Source: Spirochaetia bacterium (lineage in GTDB: Bacteria; Spirochaetota; Spirochaetia; UBA9216). Taken from it: a stretch of 64,000 bases of DNA. Both the position numbers and the translations under genes were made by a program. The notes below the pieces were generated by a model. It saw only the letters and a program-made list of their open reading frames with translations. It had not been told where the DNA came from and searched no databases. Of this stretch, positions 20,357 to 31,031 are shown in pieces. Position 1 is the first letter of the stretch, and every line of letters starts with the position of its first letter. Location of the stretch: contig CAXXYH010000004.1 in the NCBI GenBank assembly GCA_963677925.2, positions 1,088,001-1,152,000 of the forward strand, given 5' to 3'.

Positions 20357-20424
20357 TATTATCGGTTTGTATCAAGTAGTATTTATAGAAAAAAGATGAG
20401 ATAATCGCGGCATCGGAGGATAAG

Positions 20425-20685
20425 ATGGAATGCCGTAAGGGCTGTGCCGCATGCTGTATTGAAGCTTCAATTTCCCAGGCAATACCCGGAATGCCCGGCG
20501 GCAAACCCGGAGGCGTCCGCTGCGTCAATCTTGATGAGCACGGACTCTGCACTATCTGGAACACCCCCGATTACCCCTCAGCCTGCCGCAACTTCACTCC
20601 GACCCCGGAGTTCTGCGGTTCCACCAATGAAGAAGCAATGTCCATCCTCCGAGCCTTTGATAAGGCAACTACCCCGGATAAATAA
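20425..20685 (+). CDS. YkgJ-family cysteine-cluster protein
   Basis: CRKGCAACC...GKPGGVRC..LD...LC.....PSAC. Confidence 0.85.
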   Translation: MECRKGCAACCIEASISQAIPGMPGGKPGGVRCVNLDEHGLCTIWNTPDYPSACRNFTPTPEFCGSTNEEAMSILRAFDKATTPDK

Positions 20686-20751
20686 TATGGATGGGGGAAG
20701 TATCCCCCCGGCTTCAGCCCGGCTGTTTCCGCCGCACTGCTTCCGGCTTGC

Positions 20752-21129
20752 TCACGCGCCGCCGGGTGCGTCGGGCCGGTCTTCCGCCACCCCCTCGGGG
20801 GCCCCTTCGGGGAAATCTTCAAGAGTTGAGAATTTAACCGCAAAGTAGGCTGGTACTTCATACGGATGGGTATCTACAAGGGCTTTAAGCGCCGGTTTAA
20901 TGTACTCATCAAGACACATCATTTCAACACGCATTTCCGGAATCCTTGAAAGGCTGTTTCGCTCGCCGATGAAGGGAGTGCTCTCTGAAAGCGGCTTGAA
21001 CTGGCCGGTTCCTTCAATTTCCCAGCTGCAGTTTGAGTACTCACCCATCGCACCGGCACCCGCCGCAAACATTGCCTCTTTGACCTCTTCGGCCTGCTCT
21101 TTGGGTACAAAGAAAGTTATCTGATACAT
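20752..21129 (-). CDS. YqfO/NIF3-related PII-like small protein
   Basis: VKEAMFAAGAGAMGEYSNCSW...GQFKP...HPYEVPAY; start MYQITFF at 21129. Confidence 0.85.
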   Translation of the reverse strand: MYQITFFVPKEQAEEVKEAMFAAGAGAMGEYSNCSWEIEGTGQFKPLSESTPFIGERNSLSRIPEMRVEMMCLDEYIKPALKALVDTHPYEVPAYFAVKFSTLEDFPEGAPEGVAEDRPDAPGGA

Positions 21130-21252
21130 GGGGAGAGTATAACTCCTGTAAAGGGAATGTACCAGTAATCTGATGCTGAAAATGGAGGAGCCCATGATGA
21201 CAGTTAAAAACAGGAGTGAAGATATACAAGGTTAATAAATATATTGTTGTTA

Positions 21253-22461
21253 CTATTTCTCTTCAACGATGAAGCTGTAAGTGCCCAAGGCATCTGAAAT
21301 TTTAATATAGTAAGTTCCGGTTCCGGGACAGGTCCATTCGTAGCCCCAGTATGGAGAAATATCTACTGAAGAAGATAAATCAGAAGAATACAGTTTGAAA
21401 TCGGACAGTCCGGTTAAGGTATTACCTGTATTGATAAACCAGCTCAGTGTAGTGTCATTCCCAGACATCGATACGGTATAAGTGACTCCGTCTGATGCCG
21501 GGAATTTAAAATAATCAATATCTGAAAATGAATGCAGACTCCCCGAAACGGATTCACCGACAGTTATCAGTACAGCAGCAGCCGGGCTCTCATTGCTTTC
21601 ATATTCATCAGCGGGGACTGTATAACTCTGCAGGTACAATATCCGATCTTTTTCATCAACCTCGGATTCACTCAGGCGCAAATACATAGTTTCATTACTG
21701 TCGGAAGCGTAGCAGCGATATTCCGAATCTATTGAACCTCCTATACCCGAACCAGAGAAGTAAACATTCTCACCTGCCGGATCAACAGCTGTAAAATCAA
21801 CAGACTGGTACAGCCAGTAATCGTACCGGATTGCTCCGCTGTTTATCCCGATGGAATAGCAGGTATCCTGTAGCACTGGAAATGAAAACCAATCTGTCTG
21901 CCCCGACGAATTGAAAGTAATATAATATGGAGTATTAAGTGACAGCGGAGTACTTAAATCTCTCTCATCATTTGGTTCATATTTATCATCCTGCACTTCG
22001 TAATCTGACCAGAGATTTTCGATATAGTACCCATCGTATACGGTTCCGGATTTTGATATCACATTCATTATCATTGAATTTGGAAAATTTGTGTAGTCGA
22101 TTTCATCCAGATTTAATTCAACTGCGGTACTATCCAGCATATAAACAAGACTTTCGGTCACTGCAAATGAATTTGGCAGTAATAGAACACCTGCCTCTTC
22201 AGTTATATACTCTGTGCCTATATGTTGGGAAAAGGTGGAATAATCATCAGTATGATTAATGGGCATCGAAGCTGTCCATATCTGAATTCTTATCTTATCT
22301 GTCTCACGGATTTCAACCGGAGTATCCCAGGTAATATAGATTTTTTCTAAAGAGGCTTCTACCGCAACATTGGTTAGCTGTAGCCCCTCCGATGAAGAGG
22401 GATCGTGGCAGGCCATTGATAGAATTACTACTAAAACAAGAATAAAATTTTTTACTTTCAT
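21253..22461 (-). CDS. lipoprotein with PPC-like (pre-peptidase C-terminal) beta domains
   Basis: lipobox SMAC; DDKYEPND/DEYESNES..A, DWFSF/DYFKF and GTYYIKI motifs. Confidence 0.7.
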   Translation of the reverse strand: MKVKNFILVLVVILSMACHDPSSSEGLQLTNVAVEASLEKIYITWDTPVEIRETDKIRIQIWTASMPINHTDDYSTFSQHIGTEYITEEAGVLLLPNSFAVTESLVYMLDSTAVELNLDEIDYTNFPNSMIMNVISKSGTVYDGYYIENLWSDYEVQDDKYEPNDERDLSTPLSLNTPYYITFNSSGQTDWFSFPVLQDTCYSIGINSGAIRYDYWLYQSVDFTAVDPAGENVYFSGSGIGGSIDSEYRCYASDSNETMYLRLSESEVDEKDRILYLQSYTVPADEYESNESPAAAVLITVGESVSGSLHSFSDIDYFKFPASDGVTYTVSMSGNDTTLSWFINTGNTLTGLSDFKLYSSDLSSSVDISPYWGYEWTCPGTGTYYIKISDALGTYSFIVEEK

Positions 22462-22600
22462 TTCTAAATTCCATTTAAATATATAATTTTAACTAATAAT
22501 TAATGAACAAGGCTATAATCAGATATATTTCTTGTCAATTATTTTTTTCCATGCTTATAATATATCTGCATTAAAAAAAATATTTCAAATGGTAAATTTA

Positions 22601-23779
22601 ATGAAAAATAAAATTACAGTCCTTTTTCTTTTATTAGCTGTATTAAGCTGCTCTGACAATCCGGATGAACCTGAATACATGTTTGAATATGAACAGTATG
22701 TAATTACAGACAGCTTCCCCGGTGTAACTAATATAGAGATTACAGATATCGACAATGACGGCGATATTGATATCATCGGGTCATCGTATTCGGCAAACTG
22801 CATCACCGCTTGGCTGAACGACGGCGAGCAGAATTTCAGCAGTTTAGCTCTTGTTACATATCTTGAAGATGCTTATGGGATTTTTCCGGCGGATTTCAAT
22901 AACGACAGCCTGAATGATATTCTCTGTACCGATTACAACTCAGACAGGATTATAGTTCTGATCAATACCGGAGGATTGACCTACAGTCAGATCACTGTAG
23001 CAGATGATTCAGACTCTTTCGGTGCATGCTGTGTAACTGATTATAACGGTGACGGGTATTATGACATACTCCGTGCAGGCTCATCAGTTGACATATTTAT
23101 AAACAACAAGGACCAGAGTTTCACAAAAAGCACAGTCATGGACGATACCGGAACTGCCGTCTCTGTTTTTGAGTTCGATCATAACAATGACGGGTATACT
23201 GATTTCATCTATTCAGACAGAACAAACGATTGCCTTAAAATATTATCAAACAACGGAGATGGTACATTCAGCCTCCTTAAAATAGGAACAACCACCTATG
23301 TTGAAGGTCTTTTTCTTTCAAAACCGGTTGATTTTAATTCGGATGGTAATACAGACCTGATTGTATCCCATGTAAAGAATGTAATGTTTCTGGAGAATAA
23401 CGGAGAAAGCGACTATGAATCCAATCCTTATAATGATAGCAATTATACAAAGAATTTCCTTTTCCATGAGTGCACTTCCTACTCTGAAACCGGTTTTCTG
23501 AATAACATAAACTCAATGGCTGTCATAGATTTTGATGATGATGAAGACTATGATATAATCTGTTCCGGGTACCTCGATACTACTGTCGAAGTACTTATAA
23601 ATAAAGGGGCGAATGTGTTCTCAAGTACAATCATCTCATCAGATTATCAGGAACCGTATAAAAGCATTCCGGTTGATCTGGATAATGATGATGATCCCGA
23701 TATCGTTTCCTGTTCTCAAACAACCAATTCAATAGTCTGGTTTGAAGCGAAAGCTGTTCCTGTGGAAGAGGTATTCTGA
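22601..23779 (+). CDS. FG-GAP/VCBS-repeat lipoprotein
   Basis: lipobox VLSC; repeated D(I/F)(D/N)NDGDxD motifs; start at 22601 preferred. Confidence 0.85.
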   Translation: MKNKITVLFLLLAVLSCSDNPDEPEYMFEYEQYVITDSFPGVTNIEITDIDNDGDIDIIGSSYSANCITAWLNDGEQNFSSLALVTYLEDAYGIFPADFNNDSLNDILCTDYNSDRIIVLINTGGLTYSQITVADDSDSFGACCVTDYNGDGYYDILRAGSSVDIFINNKDQSFTKSTVMDDTGTAVSVFEFDHNNDGYTDFIYSDRTNDCLKILSNNGDGTFSLLKIGTTTYVEGLFLSKPVDFNSDGNTDLIVSHVKNVMFLENNGESDYESNPYNDSNYTKNFLFHECTSYSETGFLNNINSMAVIDFDDDEDYDIICSGYLDTTVEVLINKGANVFSSTIISSDYQEPYKSIPVDLDNDDDPDIVSCSQTTNSIVWFEAKAVPVEEVF

Positions 23780-24891
23780 TGAAAAAAGTACTCCTTCTTT
23801 TGTTAATTATTTTAGTATTCACATGCTCTGATAATACTGGCACCGGTAATGCAGAATCCGAAAACAGCTTTTTCTACACATCCAGTCTGTCTTTTGAAGA
23901 AATAGTGGTATGTTCCGACCTTACTTTTCCTCCGACGCTGGCGGTTGGAGATCTTGACAATGATGGTGATACGGATATCGTTTCAGGGATTTCATATCTT
24001 GAACATAAAATATACTATTATTTAAATGATGGCACCGATAAAAACTTCTCCAGAAAAAGTATGAATGATGATATTCCATATAACAATTTCAGAACATGGA
24101 TCTTTGATTTCAACAAGGACGGCTACAACGACTGCCTGGCTATTTCCACCAGTTCGGAACATGCAATTTATTTAAACAACAAGAACGGATCCTTCACTGA
24201 GACTTCACTATCCGAAACCTATCATAGTTATGTCCTGGCTGATGACAGGGACAATGACGGTGACATAGATCTTTTTCTAAATAATGTTTATCTGGAAAAT
24301 GATGGAAGCTGTAATTTTTCTGAAACAGCAATGTCGTATTATTTCAATTCAGCAGATCAGATGGAAACAGCTGATTTAAATTCAGACGGAACAAAGGATA
24401 TCGTCGTGCTCCAGGATGATCATAAAAACATAAGTTATTTTTTAAATAACACTTTGACGACGTTCTCTTCAGAAGTATCGATCGCAGACGCTACCGAATT
24501 TTTTAAAGAGATCAGGCTTGAAGATCTCGATAAGGACGGCGATGTTGATATCATTGGAACGGAAGACTACTCTGATTTAATTTACTGGTGGGAAAATGAT
24601 GGCAGCCTCGGGTTTACAAGACATACAATATCTTTTGAAATCACAGGCCCCTACGGTATAGAAACATCAGACATAGATAATGATAATGACATCGACATTA
24701 TTGCAACCTACGAAGAAGATAGCAAGACTGCAGTTTGGCTCAACGACGGTTCAATGAATTTTCATATGGAAACAGTTTCAAATGAATATGGAGCAAGTCT
24801 GGTTAATGTAACAGATTTTAATAGCGATGGCTATGATGATATCATAGTTACTTACTATAACGGGGTCGTTATTTTTTTGAATACAATGTAA
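23779..24891 (+). CDS. FG-GAP/VCBS-repeat lipoprotein
   Basis: lipobox-like VFTC; about seven DLDxDGDxDI repeats; start overlaps the previous stop. Confidence 0.85.
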   Translation: MKKVLLLLLIILVFTCSDNTGTGNAESENSFFYTSSLSFEEIVVCSDLTFPPTLAVGDLDNDGDTDIVSGISYLEHKIYYYLNDGTDKNFSRKSMNDDIPYNNFRTWIFDFNKDGYNDCLAISTSSEHAIYLNNKNGSFTETSLSETYHSYVLADDRDNDGDIDLFLNNVYLENDGSCNFSETAMSYYFNSADQMETADLNSDGTKDIVVLQDDHKNISYFLNNTLTTFSSEVSIADATEFFKEIRLEDLDKDGDVDIIGTEDYSDLIYWWENDGSLGFTRHTISFEITGPYGIETSDIDNDNDIDIIATYEEDSKTAVWLNDGSMNFHMETVSNEYGASLVNVTDFNSDGYDDIIVTYYNGVVIFLNTM

Positions 24892-24972
24892 TCCCTTTGA
24901 TAAATATCTGTTGTTTCTAAATACGGATTAATTTTATTTAATTAATAAATTTGACTGTAAATAAAGCTTAAA

Positions 24973-25170
24973 ATGACTCCTGGAGTAGATGAACTTTTGG
25001 TAAAAGCAGATAAATGGAATGCCGAGTTTTCAAGGTTGCATGAAATAATTCTGGAATGCAGTTTTTCTGAAAATTTTGAATGTGGACAACCAAAGGAGCA
25101 GAAGATACTTTAAGCATGAGCTACTCATGTTCATAGGTAGTTTATTTTTATTGCTAAAAAAGCCGGAAAC
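24973..25170 (+). pseudogene. YdeI/DUF1801-family gene remnant
   Basis: 46-aa ORF MTPGVDELLVKADKWNAEFSRLHEIILECSFSENFECGQP resembles the YdeI N-terminus (NPKVDEFL.KA.KW..EF..LR.IIL.C.L.E.FKW..P), then degenerates. Confidence 0.6.
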
Positions 25171-25217
25171 GGAAAACCGCTTCCGGCTTGAAGGGGATCT
25201 AAATCCTTCAAAAAGCT

Positions 25218-26738
25218 TTAGATTTTATCAGCGGGAACCAGCCTTCCTCCTCCGGCAAGGCTTATCGTTTTTCCATTCAGAAATTTATTCGATTCAGTAT
25301 CATAGGTAATGGTATGACCATTATCCTTAATCAGCAAGGAGATGCTGTCTTCTGATGGAACAGTGAGAGTGTTCACTGACGAGTTCCCTGTCACAACCCA
25401 GATGCTTGTTTCATCAAGTGCAACAGATGCGTTGTCTATACTGCCCTTCAGTTCCGAATTATCATTCAGAACAATATTAATACTGCTGGTATCGTCAGCA
25501 GTAATGATGCCGTTTAAAAACTGATTTCTGGCAGTAAGGCTTACCTTTCCGCCGTTGCTGCCTTCTGTGCCCCATCTGTCAGGTCCGGCCTTAAGCAGGA
25601 TTCCGGATGCCGAGCTGAGTTCCGCGTTATCAAGATTAATTTCCGCTCTTGTGTTTGTAATGTAGAAAATCGGACCTTCTTCCGCTCGCAGAGAGCCGCC
25701 ATCCATGCTGAATACAGCAGTTCCTGTCTCTGCATCTCCGGAGAAGCTCTGATAAAGCATAACTCCGCTTTTTATAAAGCCTTTAGCTTCAACACTTTCA
25801 AAGCTGATAGAGTTTCGCCCTTCTACAACCGCGGCTTCGGAACCCTTTGATACTATCGTAGCGTTTTTCAGGCTGATATTTCCGGTAGAGTACACTCCGG
25901 GCGAGCCTTCACCTTCTGTTTTGAGAACAGCATCAGTGACTGTTATAGTTCCCTCGCCCCGGTCTGTTGCAACAGCGGCGCAGTGAGCTCCTGATGTTGT
26001 GATTCTTATATCCTGCGCTTCAATAGTTCCGCCCATTGTTGCATCAAGTCCGCGGCTCGAATCTTCTGTGGTAACAATATTTATACTTTTAAGGCTTATA
26101 TTTGAACCTTCACCTGTGGAGAATACAGCATTGGCACCATCAGCCCCGGTTTTTATATCAGTGGCTGACATTACAAGTGATGAGCCGTCGGCTGCAAGAA
26201 CGGCTGCGTTCAGACCGTAAAACTCGCTTCCTTCCGTGTTTGTTGCAGCCCCTGTTTTATACAGTTTTGAATCTTTGAGTTCGAGGGATGCTCCGTTTAA
26301 AAGATAAATAACAGACTGGTTTTCACCAGATGCTGTCATATCCTCTCCGCTGCGTGAATCTTCACCACCGTCAAGCGTATACAGTCCTTTGAGAAGAGCG
26401 GTAACCTGCATCGCATCAGTGTGATCTCCCGGTGGAGGTCCCTGCATGCCGTCCTGCGGAGGCTGCTGCATCTTCCCGCCCGGCGGAGGCCCCATCATTT
26501 TACCCTCAGGCGGCGGTCCCGGAGGCGAGCCTTCAGGCCGTTCTCCCTGCGGAGGCTGTCCCTCAGGGGGCATGCCCTGCATAGAGCGTGAATCTCCGTT
26601 CTGTCCCGGGGGCTGCTGCATGGACAGCTGATTATTTTTTTCTTCTTTGTCTGTCAGGCATGATGTAAACAGCACAGCTGAAGCCGTAAAAAGAAGAAGC
26701 AGAATGTATTTCGGATTAAAGTGTGATTTCTTTTCCAT
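25218..26738 (-). CDS. lipoprotein with Gly/Pro/Gln-rich linker and beta-helix (autotransporter-passenger-like) domain
   Basis: lipobox FTSC; GPPP repeats; FYGLNAAVLA, RGLDATMGG, ATDRGEG beta-solenoid repeats. Confidence 0.75.
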   Translation of the reverse strand: MEKKSHFNPKYILLLLFTASAVLFTSCLTDKEEKNNQLSMQQPPGQNGDSRSMQGMPPEGQPPQGERPEGSPPGPPPEGKMMGPPPGGKMQQPPQDGMQGPPPGDHTDAMQVTALLKGLYTLDGGEDSRSGEDMTASGENQSVIYLLNGASLELKDSKLYKTGAATNTEGSEFYGLNAAVLAADGSSLVMSATDIKTGADGANAVFSTGEGSNISLKSINIVTTEDSSRGLDATMGGTIEAQDIRITTSGAHCAAVATDRGEGTITVTDAVLKTEGEGSPGVYSTGNISLKNATIVSKGSEAAVVEGRNSISFESVEAKGFIKSGVMLYQSFSGDAETGTAVFSMDGGSLRAEEGPIFYITNTRAEINLDNAELSSASGILLKAGPDRWGTEGSNGGKVSLTARNQFLNGIITADDTSSINIVLNDNSELKGSIDNASVALDETSIWVVTGNSSVNTLTVPSEDSISLLIKDNGHTITYDTESNKFLNGKTISLAGGGRLVPADKI

Positions 26739-26919
26739 TTCAACTCCCTGTTCTTGTATGTATTTAATGTAGATCCGGGGAGTGTAAAAAGAATCTATGC
26801 AGTGTAAAAAGCCGGTAAACTGTATGTAAAATTAAAGTGAGCAGAAACTCATTTGTTTTCTGTGAAAAGGGTGTTATATTAATCGATAAAAGAATAAACG
26901 TTTTTTTAAGGAGAAATAT

Positions 26920-27537
26920 ATGAAACGATTTCTTATATTAACAAGTGTAGTTGCAATAATCCTGGGATTGTCATCCTGTGGTAATATCGATGAAAGCAGT
27001 GCGGAAGAAGTTGCTCAGGTGATATCTGCGCCGGTAAATATGGGAATGCAGAATTCAACCACATCCAGAGCATGGAGCTTTTCGTCTTCTTTGTCTTATA
27101 CACATACTCAGGAAGATGGGGGTACTGCTGTATTTAGCTTTACTTCAGGTTCTTTAGAATTATCAGGTTACACATATAATGCAACTGCGGTATACACTGA
27201 TTACATCGTTACCTATACAAATGAAGATGGAATTGAGACTGAATACTTACTTGACGGTGAGGTCGGATATACTGTTACATACTCATTCCTCTCAACCAGT
27301 CTAACTTATGAACTTGTAATTGATAATACTGAATCGGATAATACACTTCATATTACCGGTGGAGGTATTGATTCAGACGTTGCGCTGGATATTACTAACA
27401 GCATGACTTTAGAATATACTTACTCCGAAACAGGAGGCTCAGCTACAGGAAATTATGATGTAAGCGGTACGGTAAACGGTGTAGAGATAGATGGAAAAAC
27501 CGGAACGTTTGATGTTTCTTATTCATCAACTCCATAA
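26920..27537 (+). CDS. hypothetical lipoprotein
   Basis: AAGGAG RBS, lipobox LSSC, Ser/Thr-rich beta sequence. Confidence 0.8.
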   Translation: MKRFLILTSVVAIILGLSSCGNIDESSAEEVAQVISAPVNMGMQNSTTSRAWSFSSSLSYTHTQEDGGTAVFSFTSGSLELSGYTYNATAVYTDYIVTYTNEDGIETEYLLDGEVGYTVTYSFLSTSLTYELVIDNTESDNTLHITGGGIDSDVALDITNSMTLEYTYSETGGSATGNYDVSGTVNGVEIDGKTGTFDVSYSSTP

Positions 27538-27558
27538 TGATTTTTTTTCTCCCCAGCA

Positions 27559-27588
27559 GGCGGCTGTTTTTACAGCCGCTTTTTTTTT
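27559..27588 (+). terminator. rho-independent terminator
   Basis: GCGGCTGT-loop-ACAGCCGC followed by a T-run. Confidence 0.8.
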
Positions 27589-27614
27589 GTCTCTATTAAT
27601 ACTATATTTGAAAG

Positions 27615-28717
27615 ATGATAACTGCTGTAGCAATGAGCGGCGGGGTGGATTCAAGCGCTGCCGCCTGGCTTCTTAAAAATGATCCCGGTTTCCGTGAGAT
27701 GTATCCTGACAACAAAATTTTCGGAGTAACCCATTGGTGGGATGAGCTGAGGCTGTCGAGTCCGGGGCTTCAGGAAAGGGCGGGCAATGTCTGCAGCAGA
27801 CTCGGGATGAATTACCATATAGTTGATCTTGAAAGCCTTTTCCGTAAAAGCGTAATGGATGATTTTGCCGGAAACTATCTTTCCGGGATGACCCCCAACC
27901 CCTGTGTACGCTGTAATGAACGGGTACGCTTCAGTGAGTTTTACCGCAGCTGCCTTGATATTGCCTGTGAAAAGGAAGGCGCAACGGCCGGGGACTTTCA
28001 CTTCTGCACAGGTCATTATGTACGGACTGCAGAATCCGGAGGAAGGCTCTTTTTACGAAAGGCTGCCGACCTCTCAAAGGATCAATCCTACATGCTTTAC
28101 CGGATAAAAAGGGATGTTCTGCAGCACTGTATCTTTCCTCTTGGAGAATATACAAAGGATAGAATCAAGATGATTGCGGATGAACACGGATTCTTCGGCA
28201 AGGCCATCAAGGAAAGCCAGGATATCTGTTTTATAGATGATGACTATATAAAATTCATGAAGCGTTATCTGCCCTCAGAAGTTCTTAAGGCTAAAGACCG
28301 TCCGGGTACAATCTGTGATACGGACGGAAAAAAGCTGGGAGCCTCCAGAGGTTTTCTGCACTATACAATCGGCCAGCGCAAGGGCCTGGGACTTGGAAAC
28401 GGCCCCTGGTATGTTGTCTCGATTGACCCTGCGGATAACCGTGTTGTTGTAGGCCGGAAGGAAGAGCAGGGCACTGATAATTTTGTTATTTCCGACACAA
28501 ACTGGTTTATAGACAAACCTGAAAAGCAGCTGGAATGTCGAGTTCAGGTACGTTACAATTCAACAGAATATGCAGCACAGTTACGCCTTCCGGTGATGAC
28601 AGGTTTGAGGTTCGTCTTGAATCTCCGGCCGTAGCCACGCCCGGCCAGTCAGCAGTCTTTTATGACGGAGAGCTCGTCATTGGCGGCGGCATTATTCAGA
28701 GACCCGATAATGTATGA
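27615..28717 (+). CDS. mnmA: tRNA 2-thiouridylase MnmA, frameshifted near 28575
   Basis: [43 protein letters not shown]; the C-terminal [21 protein letters not shown] is in another frame ending at 28717. Confidence 0.92.
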
Positions 28718-29567
28718 GCTTATTCCCGATATAATTAACCCTTTCTCTGTTAAGGGTAAACGTTCCCCGGTCTGGTACATCGATGAAACTGAATCAACCA
28801 TGAGCGATGCCCGTGTCCTTGCGCGTGATGAAGCGCCTTCCGGTTCGGTAATTGCGGCAGGATACCAGAACAGCGGCCGCGGCAGAATAGAGGGCAGACG
28901 CTGGGAATCGGAGCACGGCGGCAGTCTTCTTTTTACAGTGATATTTCATCAGGATCATATTAAATCTGCCATGGGGGATAAGCCGTTTACTCTTTTGCCC
29001 CTTCTGTGCGGTATTGCCGCGGCTGAAGCAATCGAAGAGTCTGCTGAAACTCCGAAGGGAACTGTTTCAATCAAGTGGCCTAATGATGTTCTTGCGGACG
29101 GCCGTAAAATATGCGGAATACTATGCGAGGCTTCGGGCCGGTTCATTTACGCCGGTGTCGGTATCAACCTCAGGCTTGAAAAACATGATGATGGATTCAG
29201 AAGGCCTGCAACCAGCATGGAGCTTCTTGCCTCTTCCGGAAATTCCATGACTTCGGGCGCTGCATTGGTCTCTGAATCAGCAGACGGCCCCGGATACGGA
29301 ACTTACGGTAACCGGCTGCTTCAGCTGTTTCTTGAAAAACTTAAGAGTGCTGTTTCCGACGAGCGGTGGCAGCCCAGGCTGGAGAAGCGTCTTTACCGCA
29401 TCGGGGAAAAAGTTGAGTTCAGAACAGGAATGCCTGATGATTTCTCCGCGGGAGCACCGGGTTCTGTAGTAAGCGGAGTCCTTACAGGGGTAAGTTTAAA
29501 CGGTGCTTTACTGATTGATGTGAACGGCAAGTTCTGTGAATACTCCAGCGGTGAGCTGATTATTTAA
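28710..29567 (+). CDS. birA: biotin--protein ligase (no HTH domain)
   Basis: ETESTM, QNSGRGR...[20 protein letters not shown]; ATG 28710 overlaps the corrected mnmA stop. Confidence 0.9.
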   Translation: MYELIPDIINPFSVKGKRSPVWYIDETESTMSDARVLARDEAPSGSVIAAGYQNSGRGRIEGRRWESEHGGSLLFTVIFHQDHIKSAMGDKPFTLLPLLCGIAAAEAIEESAETPKGTVSIKWPNDVLADGRKICGILCEASGRFIYAGVGINLRLEKHDDGFRRPATSMELLASSGNSMTSGAALVSESADGPGYGTYGNRLLQLFLEKLKSAVSDERWQPRLEKRLYRIGEKVEFRTGMPDDFSAGAPGSVVSGVLTGVSLNGALLIDVNGKFCEYSSGELII

Positions 29568-31031
29568 TCAGATTTCAAAGGCTTTGAAGCTGAACTGTAT
29601 GTGATCGCGGCGTCCGCTGTAGAACCAGGCAGGAACCGGATAGTAGTTACCGCCCGGGTTAATGAAAAAGAACCGCCTGCCCCTGTGGTCGGCAATTTTC
29701 ACCGGCAGTCCGGGGTTTGTTCCGCTTTTATCATCTGAATAACTGATTTCAACAAGGCGCTTTCCCGATTTGAGTGTGAACCTGTTTCCGGGAATAAGCC
29801 ATTTACCGAACTCTCTGCCCGGTTCTGCAGAACCTGAACTTCCATCGGAAGATGAATATTCGATTTTAATTTCTCCGCGTCTCAGATCGAAGAGAGGTAT
29901 TTCGCAAAGCGAGGCCTCATAAATTATAGAATCATCCGGAAGCTGCGGGTAATCAGCAAATAGTGATATAAGAGGATCTTCAAAATTATCTGAAAAATAA
30001 AAATCCGTGATGATGCGTTTTTCCTGGCCGAGTTTTTCGGGATACTGCAGGGTCCGCATTCCGTACTCATCTTCGTCTTCGAATGAAAAAGCGCTTTCAT
30101 TTGTATACTTGAAAACCCCTTCCGAGGATTTTATTGAGGCGCCGCCTCCGGTCCAGTTGAGAATACTGAGCTTTGAACAGGAAACTCCAGTCGGTCTGCC
30201 TCTGTAAAAGTGAAGATTCATCTTCTCTCCGGCAAGCTGGGTCTGTCCGCTCATGTTGGCAACGAGTGTTCTTGCTCCGGCTGCAGATGCGGCAGATGAA
30301 ACGCTGTTCTCGGGAATCATTCTGCTCCGAAAAAGCGGAGTTGAAGCCGGTCCGGAACAGGGGAGCATCCTGGTTTCTGAAAATGTTTCAGTGCTGATCT
30401 GCTCAAGAGCCTCAGGCGTAATAAAGTTAATCCTGTTTTTTCTGAGGAATTTAAATTTAAGAAGATTAAGGAATTCCGAAAATTTTTCATCATTTCCGGG
30501 GTAATAATCAAAAATCAGAGCTGCAGTTCTTCCTGTATTCTTCAGTTCTGAAAGAACAGCTGTGAGTTTTCCTGATTCGGCTGCTGCATTTACAATTAAG
30601 GCAGGAATGCTGACTTCCTTGTCGGCATCTGTCAGTGTCAGAACCGGTTTGTTTCCGATTTTCCTTATACAGAGCAGTCTCAGTTTTTTTTCTGATAGCT
30701 TATTTAAAAGTGCGGTATTGCTGCAGTCTGCTGCTGCCGGCATGATGTAGGAGGCCGGTACATCAATCTCACTGTCAATATCCCCTGCAGGCAGGTTTAG
30801 AAGAGGCAGTCCCTTCTTTCCCGACGGCAATATATGGAAGCCTGCCTTTTCTGAAACGGCAAGCGTTTCCGGATCAGCTGGTATATTGAGTGCCACCGAC
30901 TCCGGAATCAGCCCTGAAGTATCTTCAGTAAGCAGATCCGACAGTTTCTCAGTCATTTCCGGCAGCTTTTCTTTGAATTCTGAGAAGAATCTTACAATTA
31001 AAAGTATATTTTCCGGATTTTTAACAGCCAT
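29568..31031 (-). CDS. hypothetical protein
   Basis: 487-aa ORF with no recognised motif. Confidence 0.65.
   Translation of the reverse strand: MAVKNPENILLIVRFFSEFKEKLPEMTEKLSDLLTEDTSGLIPESVALNIPADPETLAVSEKAGFHILPSGKKGLPLLNLPAGDIDSEIDVPASYIMPAAADCSNTALLNKLSEKKLRLLCIRKIGNKPVLTLTDADKEVSIPALIVNAAAESGKLTAVLSELKNTGRTAALIFDYYPGNDEKFSEFLNLLKFKFLRKNRINFITPEALEQISTETFSETRMLPCSGPASTPLFRSRMIPENSVSSAASAAGARTLVANMSGQTQLAGEKMNLHFYRGRPTGVSCSKLSILNWTGGGASIKSSEGVFKYTNESAFSFEDEDEYGMRTLQYPEKLGQEKRIITDFYFSDNFEDPLISLFADYPQLPDDSIIYEASLCEIPLFDLRRGEIKIEYSSSDGSSGSAEPGREFGKWLIPGNRFTLKSGKRLVEISYSDDKSGTNPGLPVKIADHRGRRFFFINPGGNYYPVPAWFYSGRRDHIQFSFKAFEI

Noticed and set aside
26420-26625. GC-rich short repeats as a mobile or regulatory element
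   Set aside because: They encode the Gly/Pro/Gln-rich linker of the lipoprotein
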